Positions 51,414 through 64,000 of a stretch of 64,000 nucleotides of DNA are shown piece by piece. A model generated the notes under the pieces. The model was not told where the DNA came from and ran no database searches. It was given only the letters and a program-made list of their open reading frames with translations. The DNA is from Eremomyces bilateralis CBS 781.70 (lineage: Eukaryota). Both the position numbers and the translations under genes were made by a program. The DNA lies in assembly GCA_010015585.1 (NCBI GenBank), contig ML975150.1. One strand, given 5' to 3'. Within the stretch, counting starts at the first letter, position 1. Each line of letters begins with the position of its first letter.

Positions 51414-52729
51414 ATGATCCTTCAGGTCGCCTCATTGATTGTGGGCGTATTGACATTGCTGAGGCCGGTTCTCTCTGAGCAACTTGCCTTCCCCGGTGCG
51501 GAAGGCTTCGGCCGTTATGCGACTGGGGGTCGAGGTGGCAGCGTCTATACCGTAACGAACCTCAAGGATAGTGGTCCCGGGTCCCTCAGAGATGCGGTCT
51601 CGAAAACAGACCGCATCGTTGTGTTTGCCGTGGGCGGGACGATCAACATCGAATCCCGGATTGTGGTCAGCAAAAGCGTGACGATCTTGGGCCAAACGGC
51701 ACCTGGTGGTGGAAGTGCGTAGTTTCGCGGCTTTCAAGCATTGGTATCTAACTGGCATTAGTTACTACGTACGGCAATGGCTGGTCTTTCTCGAATGCGG
51801 ATAATACGATTGCACGTTATATTCGCATTCGAATGGGCAAGGGTGGCGATGCTCGCAAAGACGGTATTGCGCTTGCGGAAGGATCCAATATGATCTTCGA
51901 CCATCTATCCGTCACCTGGGGCCGTGACGAGACGTTTTCCATCAGTGGCGATGTCTCGAACATCACCATCCAAAACAGCATCATTGGCCAGGGCTTGGAA
52001 CCGCACTCGTGCGGCGGTCTCATCCAGACAGACGGGGGAGTTTCGCTGTTCCGGAACCTCTACATCGACAATAAGACGCGCAACCCCAAAGTCAAGGGCA
52101 AGAACGACTTCACTAACAATGTGGTGTACAACTGGGGCGGTGGAGGGGCCTACATCGCGGGCGATTCGGACGGCAAGTCGTCCGCCAACATCATTGGGAA
52201 CTACTTCATCTCCGGACCAAGCTCGTCCGGTGGAGCATTTACGCGCGGCAATGCCAACTTCAACGGATACGTACTCGACAATTTCTACGATCCGAACAAG
52301 AACGGCGCGCTCGATGGGACGGCCTTGGGCGCTTCGTCGTCGAACTATGGCGGCATGGCGCTGGCGTCAACCAAGTTCGACTATCCTGCGCCAGAGAAGA
52401 TCCTAGGGGCCACGGATGCGGTAGCGCATGTCCTCAGTAGCGTTGGAGCATCTAAGGTCCGCGATCCGGTCGATACTCTCTTGATCAATGAGGTCAAGTC
52501 CTGGGGGAAGAATGGGAAGCTGATCTCGGATGAGAAGGCCAGTCCTGTCAATGGGCCTGGCGTTGTCGCTTCGGGGGCAGCAGCAAAAGACAGCGATGGC
52601 GATGGGATTCCCGACGATACTGAGACCAAACTTGGGAGTAGTCCCTCAGTTGCGGACAGCATAGAGGTTAAAGATGGCTATACGAATGTTGAGAACTGGG
52701 CCAATTCGCTCGTTCCATCCTCTTACTAA
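51414..52729 (+). CDS. secreted pectate lyase, polysaccharide lyase family 1 (PlyC-like)
   Basis: Signal peptide, then AFPGAEGFGRYATGGRGG, VTNL.DSGPGSLRDA, TILGQTAPG, IFDHLSVTWGRDE, NKTRNPKVKG and a C-terminal DSDGDGIPD. One intron at about 51716-51761. Confidence 0.93.
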
Positions 52730-54779
52730 AGTCTTCATATTTAGCGTACGTCAATTTCGAAAGTTGATATTGAAGCCTGCTCTGGGTTATGCACGTATGC
52801 ACCTGTGGAGAGCGCATCTGCCCAGGTGCGGTGAAGCCTTGCTTTGGTGCTTGGTTCGGTCGTGCATACTTCTTCCGAAGTCTTGGTTTCTTCTCCCGAA
52901 TGTCGATTTTCTGTGCAGTGAAGGCACCCCGAATGCTCTGAAAATCTGGTCGGACCAACGCGTGACTGTCCATAGAGAATCGTCCAGTGACAACGACAAA
53001 CGCGATGGCGACGGCGTAGCGTGAGATCATGCCATTCATGTGACCATCGTGCTCGACTGAACACCGATCTCCCGTTCTTTGCGTCTTCAGAGTGACTCGG
53101 ATCTCAGGGGGAGCTGCAATGTCATCAGTATTACAGCGCGGGATAAAGTGCCCACTGAATCCACTGAGTCGACCAAACATGCCACCTGATTCCTGTCACT
53201 GAAAAAGACTCCCCGAAATCGCAACTCATCTCCAAAGGCGAAACGCCTGCCGCTTTGAACCCAGCACGATTAACCGTTCTTAATTCCCCGCCGTATGATA
53301 CGTCGCGATATTATCGACCGGGATACGTAGCGTGCGCAATCACAACCTCCCACGTCGATAACGTGCTGGGCCAGTGGGCCTGCATCGCTAGCCGATGTTG
53401 TAATTGGACGATTTATCCCATTCGTCAACGCGGAGTGGCTAAGTCGCCAACTCGCAAGTCCCCCCGCATTTGCGGTTGGTCTCCGCGGGTATGGATTACG
53501 GAATCTTCCAATCGTCTAGGTAGTGGGCTAAGTCGCCCGATCGCCTCTCGTGTCGTCTCGGGAGGCAAAGGGAAAAGGTACGTATGAGGGTGTTGCGACG
53601 TCGGGTTGGGACATTGGGTGAAATTTCTTGTGCATGAGGAGGCAACTGCATTAGATGCTGGATGGAGGTACGTATGTACTAGTACGTACTCAGCGAGGCT
53701 CATGAACCACGTTCAACTTCCAAGGCGTCGGAATCCCATAGCAACCGACTGAGTATTCCCTTATTGTGGACCTCACAAGGCTTGCGATTCCAAATGTGAA
53801 TCGCTAACGTATTGAGATTAAGCGCTGCCTAGCACCGCCAGCAACGAGGCTTCCGGCTCTCTGATCGATGCCTCTGGCCGTTTTCATCCTCAAATTGAAG
53901 CCTTGTGATTGTGACGTGCGTCCGCAAGAAAGCCTGACACAAGGCGAACAAACCGCGAAATTGAGGATAACTGAACTCTCGAGTCCCTGGACAAGGCATC
54001 CATGGGACAATCAGGCAGGCATCCTGCGGACCTGAGCGGACACTAAGAGGCGGGACGGAACGGGTGATGGAGGACCGTGGTACCGCATCCCATATTACAG
54101 ACGCTGACGTTGATTAATTGATATCAATTAAGGCCCAAGACGAACGTGGAAGGGGTGCGAGATTCATCCTTCAAAGGCGATACTCGGGCGCATGGCGACT
54201 GTCGAGACGATCCTGCACGGCATTGAGGCAGCACCTCGTCGCGATGCAGCCACTATGGTCAAGCCATGTGGAAGACGCTCGACCATGGGGTATCTATTTG
54301 CCGTTGCCCCGCGAGGCGATCGACGTCGAATACTGCATGGCCTCACAATTCACATTTGCTCGACACCAATGGAAACGGGCGATGCATCTGAATCTTGCCT
54401 CGCCTGTCGCCCACTCTCTCTCACACCCAAGTAACTGCAGCAATTGAAGAAGCTCCGCTGCTGTGGTGCTCACTGAGGGAAAGGGACGGTGCCCACCCGC
54501 TTCGTCCGGAGCTAGCTCGTACGTGTATGCAAGGTGATCCGTTCTGGGTTCAGTAAGCCGGACCACTGTTCGTGCAGCGTATCGAGAGATGGAGTTGACG
54601 AGAATCGAGTGGGGTCCGATGGAGAGCTCTCGAGACTGTGATGCGATTCGGGGGATGGGAGCCTGGTGGACAAGTCAAGCCTTGATTGGCTCGCAAAGCG
54701 CCCAGGAAGAATCACCTGGGAGCATCGAGGCCTTTTCCCCGCGGTCTATCACGTTCGAGCAACATCGTCCAGGGCCTTT

Positions 54780-54810
54780 CACCGATGGGAATCACCGATG
54801 GGAATCACCG
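54780..54810. repeat. short tandem duplication (CACCGATGGGAAT)x2+
   Basis: The 13-mer is directly repeated in the sequence. Confidence 0.7.
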
Positions 54811-56704
54811 CGTTCGGAAAGGTGCAACCCCATCTCCATCGCCTTGGGTCTCGATATAGGCCACCAACAAACCGCTTAGCTACGTTGGATGTCCGGGGTG
54901 AGATGGTGTGCGACCAATTAATCAGGGCACGACGTGGGAATGTGACATTCTGGAGTTTCCGTCAGGGCTCGCTCGTCGCCCCAGTGACCTCGTTCGACCG
55001 CCGCGACAGACATGAAGGGTCATGGAACAGGACATGGAATGTCTGACCGTGGGGTCCAGGTCGAATGATTGCTCGTCTCTGAGTGGCGTTGTGTTTCCAC
55101 GTACCGACAAGCAAATCTGACTTTAGGCAAGAAACCATGCGGTCAGGGCAGTCAATCAGGGCAATCAGGGCAATCCAGATGGTGGCTTTGGGATGGAGGG
55201 CGGATCGACCACTTCGCTGTTCATTGTTCATCATTTATCATCTTAGCTTAGGGATTGCTAGTCTAAAGATTAGCGTTGAGGTATTCTGCAGTCATCGAGG
55301 CTTTGCTGTCTATGCCGATTGCGGTCTTCCTATTCTTATCCAGAGTTGTTGTACAGACCTGAGGACAGAAAGGCTACTAGGCGCATGATCCATTCTCTTA
55401 ACGTGAATCTGTACCGAGTGAATCCCCACCGAAACGGGACCATTCACGTCCATTCATGCCTCACGGGATGCCATAATGCCAGCCTAGGCTCTCGAGAGTC
55501 AATCAATCACCCACATCCTGACCTAGGCGGACTTGGGCCGACCATTCCAGCCCATTCACGATCCAACTCGTTGCCCCGAGAATTGTAGCGTTTGCAAAAA
55601 CGCGTCACGAGAGAGAGGAAAAAGTGAAAAAGTGAAAAAGTAAGAAAGTTCTTGCATTCACTTGGATTTGGAACATTCGATTTGATGAAGACTGGCTGCG
55701 GGACAGGATTTGATTTGAACACTCCCAAGATCGGGTGTTGGCACTGCGGCATATCCAGGAGGCTTGTGCCTATTACGCCCCTTGCGCCGCTGTCGCAGTT
55801 TGTTCTCACATCACCCGGAGACTGCACTTCACCACGCAGATCACGCAGCCGGGGACAATTAAACTGCTCTCCCCGCTCGCCAGCTTCCCAGTCTTGTTGG
55901 ACTCCTCGTCATCGATTGTTCCCTCCTACAACTATATCATACTCACTCATCTTCGACTCATCATCGCTGGACTCATTTGCCTGACGACTATTCTACTCCC
56001 ATTCTTCTCATTGATATTGCCTATTAATTCTTCCACCTTCTCTCATTCTCCATTGCTCAGCCCCCCCCGACTTTCCGTGCCTGTATCACCCCTTCGTTCG
56101 CCACCCTGGTATCTCCGATTGGCTACCTCCTGGTATCACCAACGGTCAACTCCTTCTCCTGTTGATATTCTTCTGATTTGGAACGTATCTTACGAAGGAC
56201 AATCCTTCATTAATCCTCGGATCCTTTCCATCCTGTTCTTCTTCGGAGGAACTTTCGATCATCGGCCTATCCGTCCTCCAACCTCCGACGTTCCATTGCC
56301 ATCCTATCCCCACAGGCCCAATCACAAAGGCAGTCGATATACCACGCCGTTTGCCTCCGGTCGCAGTTTTTAATCCCGATTTTCCCAGTATTCAAGACTC
56401 TCGACGCTGGACCGTCGGTTTCTACCGTTTCACACTCTCCAGCCTCTTTTCCATATTCCTCGGAGGGAGTTATCGTGTAACTTGCGTGGCCCGTGGCACA
56501 GCTAAACACCTCGTCGATCGTGGTGTTTGGATTCTTCAACATTGCTTTTGCTCAGTCTGACCCCTATCCCTTTTAACAAGCCTTCGAAAACAATCAACGA
56601 CTTGGACGAAAACAATTCTTTCATCGCATTCGCCTCCGCAATAGACCGACTACGATCTTGTAATGACCTGACCCTTACTCCCGAATCCTCAACGAACACA
56701 AAGT

Positions 56705-58654
56705 ATGGACTTACCTCTTCCTTTTGATGCCTATGCTGCACTCGGAGTCAGCAATACGGCGGACTCCGCGGAAATCAAGAGCGCATATCGCAAACTTGCG
56801 CTGATCACCCACCCTGACAAGTTCCCGGACGAGGCCATCAAGAAACAGAAAGAAGACGAATTCCATCGCATTCGGCAAGCCTACGAGAAGGTCGGCGATG
56901 AGGATGAGCGGAAGAAGTACAATGCCGCGGTGCGGATGCATGCGAAGTTCGCCGAAGTTCAGAATCTTCGAGCCTCTGGTCCATCTGCGTCATCGCGACC
57001 ACACCCGGTGAGACGAAGCGCGACGTTCGCCGAATATGGCGGCCAGGCTTCCTTCACGACAGGTCCTTCATCGGGCGTGAACTACGAGTTCCGGGCACCC
57101 AAGCCGGACTACGATGATGACTTGCACATTAGTGCCTCTCACCAATACCAGAAACGGTCCTCGACCCTCAATCCCCACGACAAAGTCCGATCCAGCCCAC
57201 GGGAAGGGACCACGAGCGCCGAGCGTCGAGCACGTAGGGAAGGGGATAAACGCCGAGATGAAGAACATCGACGAGCGCGTGACTATAAGTACGCCCCCAT
57301 GAAACCGGAAGACGATCGAGCGAGGTTCGAAGAGGAAAGGAGACGGAGAGATCGGGATCAAGTGGAGCGACAGCGACGAGCGGAGGATCGATTGAGGGAG
57401 GACAAACGGCGGGATGACGCTCGTCGCGAGGACTCACGCCGAGAATCTTCCCGCAAGGACGCCGCTCGCCGGGATGACGAGTTTCGGAAGGCGGAGGAGT
57501 CGGTTCGGGAGGCGAGGTCCGTCCGGAAGAAGTCCTCGCCCGTGGATTCCTACTATGATTCGGTGGACCATCATGCGAAGAAGGTAGCCGATCAAGAGAG
57601 CTCGGCCAAAGCCCACATCAGCCGCATGTCCGGCCACCGATCGTCCGACGAGGATCGTCCTCGGGCGGAGCGGTCGAGCTCGAGTCGAGAGCACGCCCAG
57701 GTCCGACGCTCACGAGCCAGTGCGAAAGAGTCGGGACGAAGTAGCGGTCGGAAGGGCTCGTCCGACCGTGAGCGCAAGCTCTCACTCCATCCCGAAGTGT
57801 CGGCGCCGCCCCGAGTGTCAACCCATTCTCGCGGCCACCCCGAGCCGAAGAGGAGCTACACCACGCAAACGGACTATGACTCCCATCGTCAAGACCCCGA
57901 GCCTCGTCCCGGTGTCCTCCCCAGAATCCACACCGAGCCCATCGCCCCCACCATTTCCTCCCGGCGCGAAAAGACCTCCTCCTCCCGCCTCCGCGACGAC
58001 TCCGGCTNNNNNNNNNNNNNNNNNNNNNNNNNNNNNNNNNNNNNNNNNNNNNNNNNNNNNNNNNNNNNNNNNNNNNNNNNNNNNNNNNNNNNNNNNNNNN
58101 NNNNNNNNNNNNNNNNNNNNNNNNNNNNNNNNNNNNNNNNNNNNNNNNNNNNNNNNNNNNNNNNNNNNNNNNNNNNNNNNNNNNNNNNNNNNNNNNNNNN
58201 NNNNNNNNNNNNNNNNNNNNNNNNNNNNNNNNNNNNNNNNNNNNNNNNNNNNNNNNNNNNNNNNNNNNNNNNNNNNNNNNNNNNNNNNNNNNNNNNNNNN
58301 NNNNNNNNNNNNNNNNNNNNNNNNNNNNNNNNNNNNNNNNNNNNNNNNNNNNNNNNNNNNNNNNNNNNNNNNNNNNNCGACCGCAGCCGCGACCGCCGCC
58401 GCGATCGCACCCCTGAGCGCCGCAGCCACGAAGACTACCGTCGCACGCCGCTGTACCGCGAGCACGTGCCGGACTACCCCGCGTCGGCGAAATCGACCTA
58501 CAAATACCAGGTGCCGCCGGAGACGGTCGCGTACGCGCCGCCGTTGGGGGACGTCAACGTGCATCCAGTGTATAGTCCGTACGAGAAGGACGGGCGGGGC
58601 CAGCATTTCGCACCGAAGCCTCATATGTATCGGTCGCAGACGACGTTTGGGTGA
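56705..58654 (+). CDS. DnaJ (J-domain) protein with a long R/D/E/S-rich low-complexity tail
   Basis: DAYAALGV...EIKSAYRKLALITHPDK...FHRIRQAYE, containing the HPD motif. The frame is open on both sides of the N gap. Confidence 0.85.
   Translation: MDLPLPFDAYAALGVSNTADSAEIKSAYRKLALITHPDKFPDEAIKKQKEDEFHRIRQAYEKVGDEDERKKYNAAVRMHAKFAEVQNLRASGPSASSRPHPVRRSATFAEYGGQASFTTGPSSGVNYEFRAPKPDYDDDLHISASHQYQKRSSTLNPHDKVRSSPREGTTSAERRARREGDKRRDEEHRRARDYKYAPMKPEDDRARFEEERRRRDRDQVERQRRAEDRLREDKRRDDARREDSRRESSRKDAARRDDEFRKAEESVREARSVRKKSSPVDSYYDSVDHHAKKVADQESSAKAHISRMSGHRSSDEDRPRAERSSSSREHAQVRRSRASAKESGRSSGRKGSSDRERKLSLHPEVSAPPRVSTHSRGHPEPKRSYTTQTDYDSHRQDPEPRPGVLPRIHTEPIAPTISSRREKTSSSRLRDDSGXXXXXXXXXXXXXXXXXXXXXXXXXXXXXXXXXXXXXXXXXXXXXXXXXXXXXXXXXXXXXXXXXXXXXXXXXXXXXXXXXXXXXXXXXXXXXXXXXXXXXXXXXXXXXXXXXXXXXXXXXXXXDRSRDRRRDRTPERRSHEDYRRTPLYREHVPDYPASAKSTYKYQVPPETVAYAPPLGDVNVHPVYSPYEKDGRGQHFAPKPHMYRSQTTFG
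58008..58377. other. assembly gap (370 N)
   Basis: Run of N inside the DnaJ gene. Confidence 1.
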
Positions 58655-59673
58655 GGGAGGGGCATTTGAATGGACGGACTGGAATGGAAGCGCTCTTGAT
58701 GGGACGTCGTCAAATGGATTGCTAAGGGATTTCGAAGGCACGCATGCACTCACTCTCATGTTTTTCCTATTTCGATTCTTGTTTACACTTTTTTCTCTCT
58801 ACGATTTTGTTTCATTGTATGTCATCGCATATTTCGGGTGGGCCATTTCGGTTTTATGTAGATAACGACTCTTGCTCTTCACACCTCGGCGGTATTTCGT
58901 CCATCTCGCTCGCTGCGCACGCATGGCATAGCTCGCGTTGCATCCATTCGCCGCTTATGACATGAATTATCTGGCTTTCTGATCCGGGCTGGTGGAGGAG
59001 GATATGCACCCGGTCTTTTGGGGTAGAAGCATGAGGTTGGGGGTTTTCGGATTCTGAATTTGTAGTTCGAGATGAATACCATGATTATCTAGCCTCTCCT
59101 CTCGCAAATTCTATGCATATGAATTGTGTATATGGCATCGTTAAGCCAGCTATATCGAGGCGGCTCTCGGCGCTTCTTTGTCGGTATCTGCCAATAAGGT
59201 AAGCTGATTTGCCTACAAGTCCAATGATACTCGACTGAAGTATTAAGGGCTTAATATTAGTTAGTGATCTTGGTGACTTAGATAGCGGAAGAGTATAATG
59301 CCAGAAGACCGAATTGGCCAAGCGTGAAGTAGTTCTGAAGTACGGGCTCAATTCATATTAGTAAGGCATTATTAAATGCCTGAGGCATACATATCTATCG
59401 TAAGGCACCAAATATGGACGACTGACGACAAATACGCAGTTCCATCTCGATTTGACGACGACATAAATAGGCCGGCCCACCTCAGTTAATATGAAAGGTA
59501 ATACGTTACTGTATAATATATGTGTATAACCTCGAAATCAATCCGACCTTCGGACCGATGTTAAACACGATCAGTATGGTCGCTGCTAGATGATCCGGCG
59601 ATTGCCAAACCTCACAGCGACGCGCTCCTCCTCGTTATCTCATGAATGAGAGCACGCGAGAAGGGGATGCACT

Positions 59674-62599
59674 ATGGAGACCGCCATTCGATGGTCGCCC
59701 CACGCCACCGCCCAGAAACCGCGCTTCGTCCTCATCGACGTCGCCGTCAATCGAATTCGCCTCTGCGAGATCCAGAACATCCACAAGCAGACCTCCCAGG
59801 TCCGCTACCGCCAAGTCGCGCAGCGTGACAACCTCCCGAACTTCACCGCCTTCGACTGGTCAAAGACGCACGAGAACCTGATTGCGCTGGGCTCCCTCTC
59901 CGGCGAAGCAAACCTCCTACGTCTAGACGTCGACGCGACGGAGCCGGAGGCGCTGCGGTCGTTCCCCATCAAGAGCCAGCGGAAATGTAATTCCATCGCG
60001 TTCAGCTATCGGAACCTGCTCGCGACGGGGCTGGAGCGGGTGCGGAGTGACTTTTGCTTGCATATTTATGATCTGAATTCGGAGGGGCCAGCGGGGTCGC
60101 AGGAACCGATTCGGAAATTGTCGGGGTCGGAGGCCATCACGAGTGTGAAGTTCTTTGCGCGGGAACCGGACCTGGTGGCAGCGGGCGTCTCGAGAAGTTG
60201 TATTCGGATATGGGATTTGAGAGGTAAGGTTGAGAGCACTCGGTGAACTCCATATCTGACCTTGGGTAGAATCCGCGACAAGTGCAACGGCGCAATATCC
60301 AACTCGCCAGGTACACAACCTAGCGATTGATCCGCTAGACGATAACTACTTCGTCTCGGCCGGCCCGCCAGGTGACCCGGTTGTTTGTGTCTGGGACCGT
60401 CGCTTCGCCTCTCGAGCCGGCCCATCTACTCCTTCTAGTTCTGAACCTCCGGGACCGCTGCTGGAGATCAGGAACGCAATCGATACGAGCCAGCATCGCC
60501 CGTCGATCTGGAGCCTGCGGTTCTGTGGTGTCCGGCCAGGATGTTTTGGAATCTTGTCCAGCGCCGGTGAGATCAAGGTGATTGAGATTGCTCGATTTAA
60601 CGCTGCTTCTGGAGGTAGAAACAGTGGTTATGGTTCAGTGGAAGGATCTGTTACGAAGCCGCAATACCATGCGTCATTCACCCACAATGTCACATGGCCT
60701 TGGTATGACATGCACCGTGGACAACCAGAGAATAACCACGTGATGGCCTATGACTTTATGTCAGTTGGTCCCACGAAGAATCAATCCGTCATCGCGCTTC
60801 GATCATCACGCGAGGTCGAGATGATTGAGATTCCGTCAGCGCAGCCGGAGGTGGGTCTGAGCAACCTTGATGACCTCCTCGTTTGGAAGGAGTCGAGAAC
60901 GCTTGTGCCATCCAACCCATCCTTTGGGACGGTTGCAGAGGAACTGCTCGATATGCAGGTCCGAAAACTGGGTTCGGAGCACACTCGCAAATCCGCTTCT
61001 GACCAGATTGGCGGGGAGATTGCGGCGAGGATCGACAAGCTACACATCGACAGCAGCGCAAGTACAACAGCGAATGATGCGTCCGGTTCCAACTGGGATC
61101 TCCACGAGGAATTACTCCATATCGGCTTCCCCAAGACAAAGCTGGATTTCAGCGATATCCACACCTTGCTTTCCGTGCAACGTCGACGATGCCAAGAGGG
61201 CTATTTGTTCGATGTGAAGAAGAACAAGTCCATCGTAGCGAACGATAGGTGGCTTGTGGAGATGTGGGATACCGTCAAACGGTTTGAAGAGTTGGCAGTA
61301 GACCGTGGAATGATCGGCAATAACCTTGACTTGAGCTTCGTTGGAATCGCGGGCATTTGGAAGAATTCCTTCGGATCTAGCTACGTCAACCGAGTGCTAG
61401 GAAGCAGTTCTTCCGCCCATGACGAGTTCATCGACGCAGTTCGAGCCATTGTATCTGCCAAGGAACTCCCCGAATACGAGGGAGTAGAGACGGCATACCC
61501 CGAGCACCGACAGCTCTGCCTGGCAGTCTGCGGTTGGACTTTCGCTTCCGTAAACCGACTCCGTCAGAAGTGTCTCGAACTCATCGAAAATGGCGACCAC
61601 TACAAAGCGATTGCGATGGCGGTGTTTCGTGGGAGGAAAACTTTGGCGCTGGAGTTGTTGAAACAGTGTATCCGACAGAGACGCGTCGACAATATTGGTC
61701 TGGTGGCGGTTATCGCATGCGACACGGTTAATGAGGAACAGCGATCACTTTGTTCATGGATGGCCGACGAAACGAGCGATCCCTACTTGAAAGCGTTACT
61801 AAGCTACTTCGTCATCGGAGACTGGAAGGTTGTCGCGAGCATGAACAAAATCTCCCTCTCCGAGCGGATCGGCGTCGCCATGAATTACTTGGACGATGCC
61901 CGGCTCGGCGAATTCATTTCCATCGAAGAGCAAGGTGTCATCTTGTTCGGAAACATCGAAGGCATCATCTTCACCGGCCTGACAGATCGTGGCGTCGACC
62001 TCTTCCAGCACTACGTGGCCAAGTTCCACGACGTGCAGACCGCGGTGCTGGTGATGGCACACACGATCCCGCGATACCTCAGCGACATGCGCTTCGACTC
62101 TTGGAAATCCACCTACCTGAACCAGATGCAGGCATGGCAGGCGTACGTCCCCCGCACCAAGTTCAACATCCTCCACACCCGCAAGTCCATCGGCCCCGAC
62201 GGCAAACCCGTCATGAAGCCTCCACCCGCCCCGATCCGCGTCCGCTGCACGCACTGCCACGCCTTCCTTGGCGTCGACGCGCCCACCAAGACCAAAGAAA
62301 CCCCCACGCCCGCCCCGAACACCCGCCGCAATCCCGCCATGAACTCCGGCATCATGTGCCAGCAGTGCGGCAAGGCGATGCCGCGCTGCGGGATCTGCAT
62401 GCATTACCTGGGCAGCCCGGACCCGTCACGCAAGGGGGGCGTGGAGGCGCTGAAGGGGGAGGAGCTGATGTCGAGGCAGATTGTCTTCTGTGCGAAGTGT
62501 AAGCATGGGAATCATGATGGGCATGCGAAGTTGTGGTTCGCGAAACATCAGGTCTGTCCGGTGCCGGATTGTCAGTGTATGTGTGGGCTACTTCACTAG
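59674..62599 (+). CDS. SEA4: SEACAT/GATOR2 subunit Sea4/MIOS (WD40 plus C-terminal zinc/RING)
   Basis: Motifs MEtAIRWS, FTAFDWS, QRKCNSIAF, LATGLERVRSD, IRIWDLR (intron at about 60224-60269), PYLKALL, EGIIFTGL and PRCGICM...FCAKCKHGNH..HAKLWF.KHQVCPVPDCQCMC. Confidence 0.92.
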
Positions 62600-64000
62600 G
62601 GCTGTGGTTGGACGTTGAACGGGTGGATTTTCAATATTGACTATCATAGAATATCGAGCCATATTGGTAGTCGATAAAAGCCACGATTAGACCTTGCATC
62701 AAAGCAGACATGGAGTGAATATTCCCCACCATAGGTTCAGTTGGAACGTGGAGGTCTGGTCTCTGGAGGACATCAAGAATTCAAGATGTCTTCCAAGTTC
62801 CATCATGAATTCATCATGTTGTTGAATTGATAGTGGCAGCCTGGCTCAGGCCCCGAGGCAACCATGTTGAGTGGGTCTCATCCTGTTTCATCTTCGCGAA
62901 GCCCAAACATCATCTGAACCTCAACTGTCACAACCTTGCCCTCCAACTGGCTCTCCTTCACCAACTACTGTATCATCAGTCTCATACAACATCAAATACC
63001 CGCTGAGACCTTTATCCTGGTTCACTCTCGTTTCGCTTCGCAAGCCCTGTCCGCCGAAGTCTCGACTATCCTAACCTTCGACTTATGCCATTCGTGGACG
63101 GGATATCTCATACACCACGACTGCCGTGGCTTTGGAACCAGCCTCTATATTCCAACCATTTCTCGCTCGCGGGGTACGAGAATGTCAATGGTAGGTACCA
63201 ACACGCGCTCCAGTGAGATGCCGGACGCGAGGGACACGGTTGTAGGGCGTCCATAGGATCACCTCCGGGTTGGTATAGGGGTAGGCGTGAATTATGTACC
63301 TGATCCCGTTCAGTCACGAACCCGAGGCAGGGAGGGCATAGTCAGCAATTCTCCGGCGCGGTATGAAGGAGAAATCAAGGTAGTTCCATCCGAGTGTCGA
63401 GAACCACACAATTTACCCTAAAGAGATGAGATATGAATCGCTTCCCCATGTCATCCCTTGCTGTCGTTCGTCTCCTTCCTACAGTTTCGGGCAGCATCTC
63501 CACCCAGACTGTCCCAGATTCGTTCGGCCAAGCTTCCGTTCGATACTTAGTTTGGGCTTATACCCGCTGCATCGAAGCGGGACGGTCCATGTCTGATGGA
63601 GTGGTGGTGGTTTGTGCACATTTTTCCTGGCTCAAGGCTCGGTCTAGGAATCGCCAACATCCCCCGAGATCCGCTTCGTCTAGAGCCTAGCGTTCACGAT
63701 CCCCCATTCCTACTCATTCCTAGAAGTACAAGTCTCCTCTGTTGCCCATTCCATCCAAATTGTTCTCACTTTGGCTTCGTCGCTCCTTAATTCTTACGCC
63801 CGACTCTCTTTGGCTTCCCGACATTCATTTTCGACAGCATAGTGTTTGTTTCCTTTCCGCTCTGGCAGCAAAAGGTTCCCAACTAATGCTGCCAATCATT
63901 GGAATCGACTTTGATATACACCGCTTCGTCCCTCTCCCCTTCATTCCTATGCCCAACCACTTTCCTTGACCTGTTGACCCTAACCATCATATGTCATGAG

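Noticed and set aside
55735..56373. 212-aa ORF upstream of the DnaJ gene
   Set aside because: Non-ATG start and S/L/P/I-rich composition, typical of a pyrimidine-rich leader.
1..64000. tRNA, rRNA, snRNA, TPP riboswitch, CRISPR array, telomeric repeats
   Set aside because: No convincing signature found by eye. A covariance-model search was not possible, so small RNAs could have been missed.

Overview
This window is intron-rich genomic DNA from a filamentous ascomycete (Pezizomycotina; a finer assignment is not possible from sequence alone). It holds about 18 protein-coding genes, mostly housekeeping. In order: SEC39, HUT1, a sugar-porter MFS, a Zn2Cys6 transcription factor, a candidate small secreted protein, CTI6-like PHD protein, homeobox/C2H2 factor, a conserved hypothetical protein, a monocarboxylate-type MFS, SQT1, EFG1, ADP/ATP carrier, ERG24, MRL1-like receptor, HAD hydrolase, peroxisomal 4CL-like ligase, PL1 pectate lyase, a DnaJ protein (spanning a 370-N gap) and SEA4/MIOS. 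I saw no tRNA, rRNA, CRISPR array or intact transposon. The most unusual signal is in the Zn2Cys6 gene. Its zinc cluster is split by a 633-nt intron, and that intron contains two stop-free, frame-preserving candidate cassette exons (39 and 96 nt), one carrying a CCG/CGG palindrome. A competing 3' splice site upstream would create a premature stop. Together these suggest a splicing switch on the DNA-binding domain. Other notable items are two probable GC-AG introns, an in-frame extension beyond a TAA-TAG stop, a TpA-rich element with inverted termini and a second partial copy, and a recurring C-rich-then-G-rich skew within exons. Gene names come from recognising protein motifs by eye, not from database searches. 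Exon boundaries were derived manually.
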